Shown here in pieces: positions 56,885 to 64,000 of a stretch of 64,000 bases of DNA. The DNA lies in assembly GCF_001194135.2 (NCBI RefSeq), contig NC_068992.1, positions 67,106,101 to 67,170,100 of the forward strand. The letters are read 5' to 3'. A program made the translations under genes and the position numbers. Every line of letters starts with the position of its first letter. The first letter of the stretch is position 1. The DNA is from Octopus bimaculoides (Eukaryota). Below the pieces are notes generated by a model. It did not search any database. It saw only the letters and a program-made list of their open reading frames with translations, and was not told where the DNA came from.

Positions 56885-56920
56885 CTTTTATGTTTCGAGC
56901 CTATGCTCTTCAACAGAAAG
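56885..56920 (-). ncRNA. Minimal type-I hammerhead ribozyme-like motif with A6U core variant
   Basis: The minus strand reads CTTT-CTGTTGA-A-GAGC(ATAG)GCTC-GAAA-CAT-A-AAAG. Stems I and II are perfect 4 bp, there is an extra A after A9, and stem III is minimal (ACAT, one change from the ACGT palindrome). Confidence 0.5.
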
Positions 56921-57972
56921 GAATAGAGAAAATAAACAGAGAGAGTGAAAAGGACCTGTAGATTTCAGTGGTCCATATATATATATTCGTTATCAACGAC
57001 GGAATCAGAGTTAGTTCAGATTATTAATCTGTATATCAATGTTGATTTACTGTAGAAAGCTTAAAATTTCAGTATTCGCCACTAGAGAATACTTCGTGTA
57101 GACGTATGGAGACAAAAAGCACAGAAGTATTAGGAACAGACGAAGAGCGTCTCGCACGGGTGGTGGAATCTCTGAATCTAGGTTTCAGCTACTTTGATTG
57201 TCATCAGAAGTTTGTATCAACTACACATACACACACACCCACTGTAGTATATCTACTCTACAATCCAAATTACTTATAACTATCCTGAGAAGCATCACAT
57301 TTGTATCACATAGTAGTAGACTTATGTCCCCTGTATGCTGTACTGAGATTCGAAAGAGAGCGAGTATTTGCCTTCAGAATCCATGAATAATCTCGGTTTG
57401 TCAAAGTGAGCTCATTCTATTACATGCGAGACGTTATTATATGACCTCCATTTACCTCTGCGTCTCATAGTTAATAAATATAAGCAACTAAGGTGAAAAT
57501 GCTGTGCAGATGACATTTAACATGATCGGAACATGTCGTTTGTTATCAGTGTTAACTTTACACAAGACAACTACTACTAACTGCTTTGTCTTTATTTTCC
57601 TATTCCAAATTTAAATTGCTATCACTGCTGCAGTTTTGTCTTTAGTTTTTACTTTACGAATTCAAACGCAATTTAGAATACAAATTTTACATATTTATGA
57701 AGGTCTTGCATATAAGATGTATTACAACTAACAGAATCGACCGTATATATATTTTTAGTGCTGCCTACTCACCTCACATATTTCCTAACGTGTTAATCTT
57801 TTCAGATCCTCAGACTTTCTTGTAACATCTGAAAATTTCAACCGGTTGGAGAATTTGTCACAACGAAAACAAGAAAAACATCTAATTTATTGTTTAGATT
57901 CTGCTTTTCACATGAAGTTGTTCTATTATTGTGGATTTCACTGATCATTTGATGATATTCTTATCTTAACTG

Positions 57973-58017
<45 letters not shown>

Positions 58018-58970
58018 ACAGGTATATATATATATATATATANNNNNNNNNNNNNNNNNNNNNNNNNNNNNNNNNNNNNNNNNNNNNNNNNNNNNNNNNN
58101 NNNNNNNNNNNNNNNNNNNNNNNNNNNNNNNNNNNNNNNNNNNNNNNNNNNNNNNNNNNNNNNNNNNNNNNNNNNNNNNNNNNNNNNNNNNNNNNNNNNN
58201 NNNNNNNNNNNNNNNNNNNNNNNNNNNNNNNNNNNNNNNNNNNNNNNNNNNNNNNNNNNNNNNNNNNNNNNNNNNNNNNNNNNNNNNNNNNNNNNNNNNN
58301 NNNNNNNNNNNNNNNNNNNNNNNNNNNNNNNNNNNNNNNNNNNNNNNNNNNNNNNNNNNNNNNNNNNNNNNNNNNNNNNNNNNNNNNNNNNNNNNNNNNN
58401 NNNNNNNTGAGTGTTGGCATAAAGGAAGCTACCTAAGGACATCTGTTCCCTTCAAGCCAACGCGTTCATATCGCGCGTTTCCTCTCTGATGGTTTTCTCT
58501 TTTATTTCTCTTATCCTTTTTTTCTTTATTTCTTATCAATCCACATGTGCACTAACTGAACTTTTCTTCAGTTCACATACATTCACCTTCGTATCTACGC
58601 ACCGTGTGCAGTTCATAGATTCACGTAGAACCCCCCCCCCCTAATTTTTGCATGTGTATCTGTGTGTGTATGTATGTTTGTATGTAAGTGGATGTGTACT
58701 AGTTTGTGTGTGTGTGTATGCGTGCTTGTGTGTGTATGTGTGCATGTTTATAGTGTTGTATGTTATACTTGAATAAAAAGGTAGATATTTCTCTCCTATT
58801 GCCTCTGTCTGTCTGTCTGGCTGCACATGAGTGTGTGTGCATGTGTGCTTGCGTATGTGTGCATGTGTGTACTGGGGCAAATACAACCCCCTCACCCTTC
58901 ACCCTACACATACATATCACACACTGCTCCATGCCTATTCTTTCTCTCTCTCTCTCTCCCTCTCTCTCTG

Positions 58971-59006
<36 letters not shown>

Positions 59007-59389
59007 TCACTCTCTTTTCTTTAGTTATCTATATTTGTATACGTTCACTTACATGCACGCGTTGCTTCTTTCTTCCTAATTCCTTAGTTTTTCGTTCTCA
59101 ATTCCTTCCATCTTTCCTTTCACCTGTCTATTTCATATCGAATACATATTGTTTACATATTTCGTCTGCATGATTTTCTCTCCTTCCCGTCTATATATTC
59201 TCCCCCCCCCACTCTCATATTTTATTCATTCGCTTCTCCTCCTCTTCATCATCATTTTCACAAGACTAGCATTTTTTACTCTTTTCTGTTCTTTCTGTAA
59301 AATTAGCTTATTTCATTTAATCATTCGTTCGATCTTTCTTTCCATTTTCTTTCATTCTTCATCTAATCATTTTATTCATTTCTTTCACT

Positions 59390-59446
<57 letters not shown>

Positions 59447-59796
59447 NNNNNNNNNNNNNNNNNNNNNNNNNNNNNNNNNNNNNNNNNNNNNNNNNNNNNN
59501 NNNNNNNNNNNNNNNNNNNNNNNNNNNNNNNNNNNNNNNNNNNNNNNNNNNNNNNNNNNNNNNNNNNNNNNNNNNNNNNNNNNNNNNNNNNNNNNNNNNN
59601 NNNNNNNNNNNNNNNNNNNNNNNNNNNNNNNNNNNNNNNNNNNNNNNNNNNNNNNNNNNNNNNNNNNNNNNNNNNNNNNNNNNNNNNNNNNNNNNNNNNN
59701 NNNNNNNNNNNNNNNNNNNNNNNNNNNNNNNNNNNNNNNNNNNNNNNNNGTATATATATATTTATTTCTATAATATAAATATACCTGTGCATCAGA

Positions 59797-59891
59797 CTAC
59801 CTACCTACCTACCTACCTACCTACCTACCTACCTACCTACCTACCTACCTACCTACCTACCTACCTACCTATCTATCTATCTATCTATCTA
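59797..59891. repeat. (CTAC)n(CTAT)n microsatellite
   Basis: Seen directly. Confidence 0.95.
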
Positions 59892-61779
59892 TTATCATTC
59901 CCTTTTTTTTTCAACTTTTAAAATGTTTCTGTCATCCTAGTATTTTTTCATTCCCCATCCTTCATGCAATATTTTTCATTTGTTTTATTGTTATTGCTAC
60001 ATGTGTTTATAATATTTCCATGTTTTAAAATACTCCTTCTTTCTCTTCTTTCCAATTATTCTCTTCCTTTCTTCGTTTCTCTGCCTATTTCTCATTCTCA
60101 TTCTGCTTCACACTTCCCTTTTCATCGCTGTTATCGGGAAATCTTCGAAAGTAGCAAATGTTCACTAAGTGATGAAGATAACATACTTTCTTGCAAATAA
60201 ATAAATCAACACAGAAACGTAATAAAAATAAATTCATAAAAAATAGAATTGAATGTACATAAACACCCCGTGTTCAATGACGCTGCATTAAACTTTCTTC
60301 TTATTCTTAGCAATCAGCTGTAGATATTTTTCTTTAATTTAATTTTTTTTTTCGCGTGAGTTTTCTATAGATAAGAATAGGAAAAAGCCAACGACAGTTC
60401 TAGACGTTTCAGTAACGCTTTCATATTGTAAATTTGTTTTAGTATAAATTGATATATGCATTTATGTAACACCTCCACACACATAGTACATACACACAGA
60501 CACACACACACACACAGATATATACATATATGTTATATACATATATGTTATATACATATATATCATAAATATATATAGCATATATCATGTATGTGTGTGT
60601 GAGTGTACACACACACACAAACATACACACACACACACACACACACACATACATATATATATATACCCATATGAATGTGTGTACAATAATATATATACAT
60701 ATATATGTATATGTATGTCTAAGTATACAAACACACACACATACTTCTTAAAATAGTAATTCTAGGAAGTATAAAAATACACACACTTGATGTTGTATAA
60801 AGAATGGAAGAACAGATTGTGATGATGTCTTAGTAATAGTAATTGTACTGTTGCGTTAGTAATTGTTAAAATTGGTGCAGTTTAAGTAATACTGTTTTGT
60901 AGTAAAATTAGAGGATTGGATAGAAAATATTAGTAAAAGCAGTAAAGTGGAAAAATAAAATCTCGTGAAACAGCATGATGCTGATTGGAGAGAAAAAGTG
61001 TTGAAATAGTAATATTTTCTCACATTGGTGATAGAATCAGTCTGGCTATGCTTAAATCCATGATGTTTCATCATAGAAACATAGTTTTCATATATATATA
61101 TATATANNNNNNNNNNNNNNNNNNNNNNNNNNNNNNNNNNNNNNNNNNNNNNNNNNNNNNNNNNNNNNNNNNNNNNNNNNNNNNNNNNNNNNNNNNNNNN
61201 NNNNNNNNNNNNNNNNNNNNNNNNNNNNNNNNNNNNNNNNNNNNNNNNNNNNNNNNNNNNNNNNNNNNNNNNNNNNNNNNNNNNNNNNNNNNNNNNNNNN
61301 NNNNNNNNNNNNNNNNNNNNNNNNNNNNNNNNNNNNNNNNNNNNNNNNNNNNNNNNNNNNNNNNNNNNNNNNNNNNNNNNNNNNNNNNNNNNNNNNNNNN
61401 NNNNNNNNNNNNNNNNNNNNNNNNNNNNNNNNNNNNNNNNNNNNNNNNNNNNNNNNNNNNNNNNNNNNNNNNNNNNNNNNATGTATGTATACGTGTATGA
61501 ACGTAGAAGTGGTAGTTCGGTTATGTTATAGATGTTGATTTTGTTTTATTTGAGAGTAAACAACTAATTTATACCCGGTGTTTAGGAAACTGAATCAGCT
61601 TATCCTATCTGATGCTACTAATTCAAACAACTTATTTCCATTTGCACACCCATACACGCGTACGCATGCGTATATTTATATAAGTATGTAGACAAAAGAT
61701 CTATGACGCTGATGCCCTTTATTTGATTAAAGGATCGAGATTTTCTCGCGCGTAAAATCCAATTCCTTTTTGTAAACCG

Positions 61780-62890
61780 GCGAAATTTTCGTCAATTCCT
61801 CAGTATGTTAAGAGCAGCGTCTCTAGTACCCAGTGAAGCTGGTAATCTAGTAAGACGAAATGAACAGTGAATAAATTCAAAATATTTGTATGGAGGTGTT
61901 TAATCTATATCTGAATGATACCTGTTTGTGAGAAGGTATTTCGTAGCCAAAGCTGTTAATCATTTGTGCACAGAAGTCTTCCGTGTTTTGAAATCAAAAG
62001 GAAAAGGATCTCTTGTCAAAAAAAGTAACGTTGCAATGTTATACCCGCACTCCAGGTTATACAAATGCTGGTAGAATGTAAGAATGAGGAAGATCTCTCG
62101 ACTTACGAATTCATGAAACGAATCTGATCCAATGTATATGAGTTAGATAGAGCCGTGAGGTTGGACATTTTATCGGATAAACGATCGTCCTTGGCACGTC
62201 CGAAAGATTTGTTTATAGTGTTCGCAAAACCTTCTATCAAAAGGTCACTTCCCCACCCAATGACACACAGAAGCTCAATTTAGTCAAATCTGGCTATCAA
62301 AAAACAACTGTCATAGAAGACACCTTAGTTTATATAGATCTAGGTATGACAATTCGCTCACTAGTGACAAAAGAGAGAAGCTTTTTGTATAGATCCATCT
62401 ACGAGAAACCCATGGTGACCAGAGAAAGCTCACTTATTTATAAATCTAGTGGCGCGTGAAAGGAGAAAGATCGAGTTTTAAAAAATCTGGCTCAGTGATA
62501 TGAAAAGAAGATCTAACTTTTATAAAGGTCTCATTATGAAAATATAAGTAGGGCTGATATTTAAGTTGATCAAGAAATTGAGAGTTTGCCACAAATATTG
62601 ACAATATTCAATTGTTAGAGATAGAGAAAGTGACAGAGAGTTAGGTCGCTTCGTTGTTAAGATCTAAAAGACACGTTGCAACACGTGATCCGATCTTTGT
62701 ATGGAATTTAATGGCAGCTGTGCAGAGTGGTGGTCCTTGAGACCTATGTACATTCTTCACTGCTATACAGCAGTTCCGGTGACAAAGGAATGGTCATACA
62801 CTGCTCGAGAAGGTAATCAACACGCCATAAACTCCAAAGTTCGAAAATACATTAGTGATTCTGAACGTCCCCGACATTCAGGAAATGTGT
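61780..62890 (+). mobile_element. Heavily decayed L1/Tx1-clade LINE, 3' part of ORF2 (post-RT region and C-terminal zinc-knuckle remnant)
   Basis: Broken frames give FRVLKSKGKGSLVKKS (cf. FRFLWKGK.PLV+RS), MRKISRL, IVRDR (cf. LPVRD), SLRC*DLKDTLQHVI (cf. C.RC...ET..H) and AVPVTKEWSYTAREG, in the order expected for the Tx1 ORF2 C-terminus. Confidence 0.5.
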
Positions 62891-63087
62891 TTTTCTATTT
62901 TTTTAAATTTTGATTTTAGTGTTTGTTCTTGTTACAAGCTCATTGCTAAGGGAACCACAAATAATAACATATCGTTGGAACATCAAAACGAAAAAAATAA
63001 ATTATAGAATTAATGATTTTAAATTACATCGTTTATTAATTAACTACCATAGAGTTTATATTTATTTAAAGTCTGTTGATATTTTGT

Positions 63088-63176
<89 letters not shown>

Positions 63177-64000
63177 GAATCGAACAAACCCGTTAGTTTT
63201 GTGACAAATGTAATTTAAAGAAAAAAAATTGACAAAATATTCAGCCAAACGTATGGAATTTATCATGGAATTTATTTCTCAAGAAGAAGCTGATTCGCGA
63301 AAATACCTTTAAGGTGGCATATTTTCTTAGAACTGGTATATAGATGTCACAAAAGTACTCTTATGGTAATGAGTGTGATTGACGCAGGTGGTGTGTGAAT
63401 CTGTACAAATTAATAATCAATATTTCCATACTGATTGGTTCCATAAACTGATTGGTTCCATAACGCAAAAAAAAAAGAAAAGAAAAACGAAACTTATTCA
63501 TTGTAGAAAAATCATGTCTGATAAGAAAAACTCTCTGCAATATTTCTACAGAATACAACAAACAGGTTCTAATGAAAGACGTTTTTATTTATTTATTTAT
63601 TTATTTTTTGTAAATACAAAATTATTAATGCAATAGAGCGAAATGGATTGTGTTTGTTGTAGATATAATTGGTTAAACGCACATGTTCTCGAACCTACAC
63701 ACCCACTCACTGACACACACAAATGAATCACGAATATATATGCATATGTATATATGAAATTGAGTAAACAAATATAGATATATATATATAGACACAAAGA
63801 TAGCTAGATACATATATAAATTCAGATTCATTTATGACATACAAATACAAGAATATGTGTGTGTGTGTATGTGTGTGAATGTGTGTGTATGTCTTCATTT
63901 CTGTATATATATGCATGAAGATAAACAATTAGTAACAGAGTTGCGATTCTATATAATGATATATTTACCATTGAATGTAATATATATATATATATATATA

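Larger units (their letters stand above)
972..61480. other. Fourteen assembly gaps: 972-1080, 11039-11130, 12929-13067, 14052-14567, 18629-18638, 22171-22347, 34122-34591, 38177-38793, 44728-44883, 52354-52548, 56690-56787, 58043-58407, 59447-59749, 61107-61480
   Basis: N runs, almost all bordered by dinucleotide microsatellites, typical of a short-read assembly. Confidence 0.98.

Noticed and set aside
60395-60430. Minus-strand ...ATATGA-AAGCGTTACT-GAAACGTC possible decayed hammerhead; a similar remnant lies at 18590-18612
   Set aside because: The core and stem I are too degenerate to support a call.
62330-62880. Possible Gypsy integrase (H...H and YTAVPV-like strings)
   Set aside because: More motifs, in the correct order, fit an L1/Tx1 ORF2 C-terminus, and no DDE triad is recoverable.
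37-63928. Most ORF-track entries (poly-YI, HT, CV, ER, LS, N, I, X tracts)
   Set aside because: They are translations of microsatellites and N gaps with no coding signature.

Overview
AT-rich, microsatellite-saturated animal genomic DNA with 14 assembly gaps, nearly all bordered by (TA)n, (CA)n or (GA)n runs. The repeat landscape (three tRNA-derived SINE families, extreme di/tri/tetranucleotide density) resembles a coleoid cephalopod, probably Octopus; this is an inference. The only well-supported host coding sequence is two + strand exons (45927-46025 and 52670-52747) of an M13/neprilysin-family metallopeptidase, so most of the window is probably intron. Decayed transposons include two L1/Tx1 LINE ORF2 remnants, a maT (DD37D) mariner fragment, an internally deleted mariner and about 15 SINE copies. 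The most interesting signal is four type-I hammerhead-ribozyme-like folds in three unrelated short, microsatellite- or gap-adjacent elements. One has a canonical core, one has an A6U core, and two with a U4C core sit head-to-head in a ~110-bp inverted repeat 1.2 kb upstream of the first exon. Several isolated near-perfect hairpins also occur. Nearly all ORFs in the supplied track are microsatellite or N-gap artefacts. All alignments and folds were done by eye.
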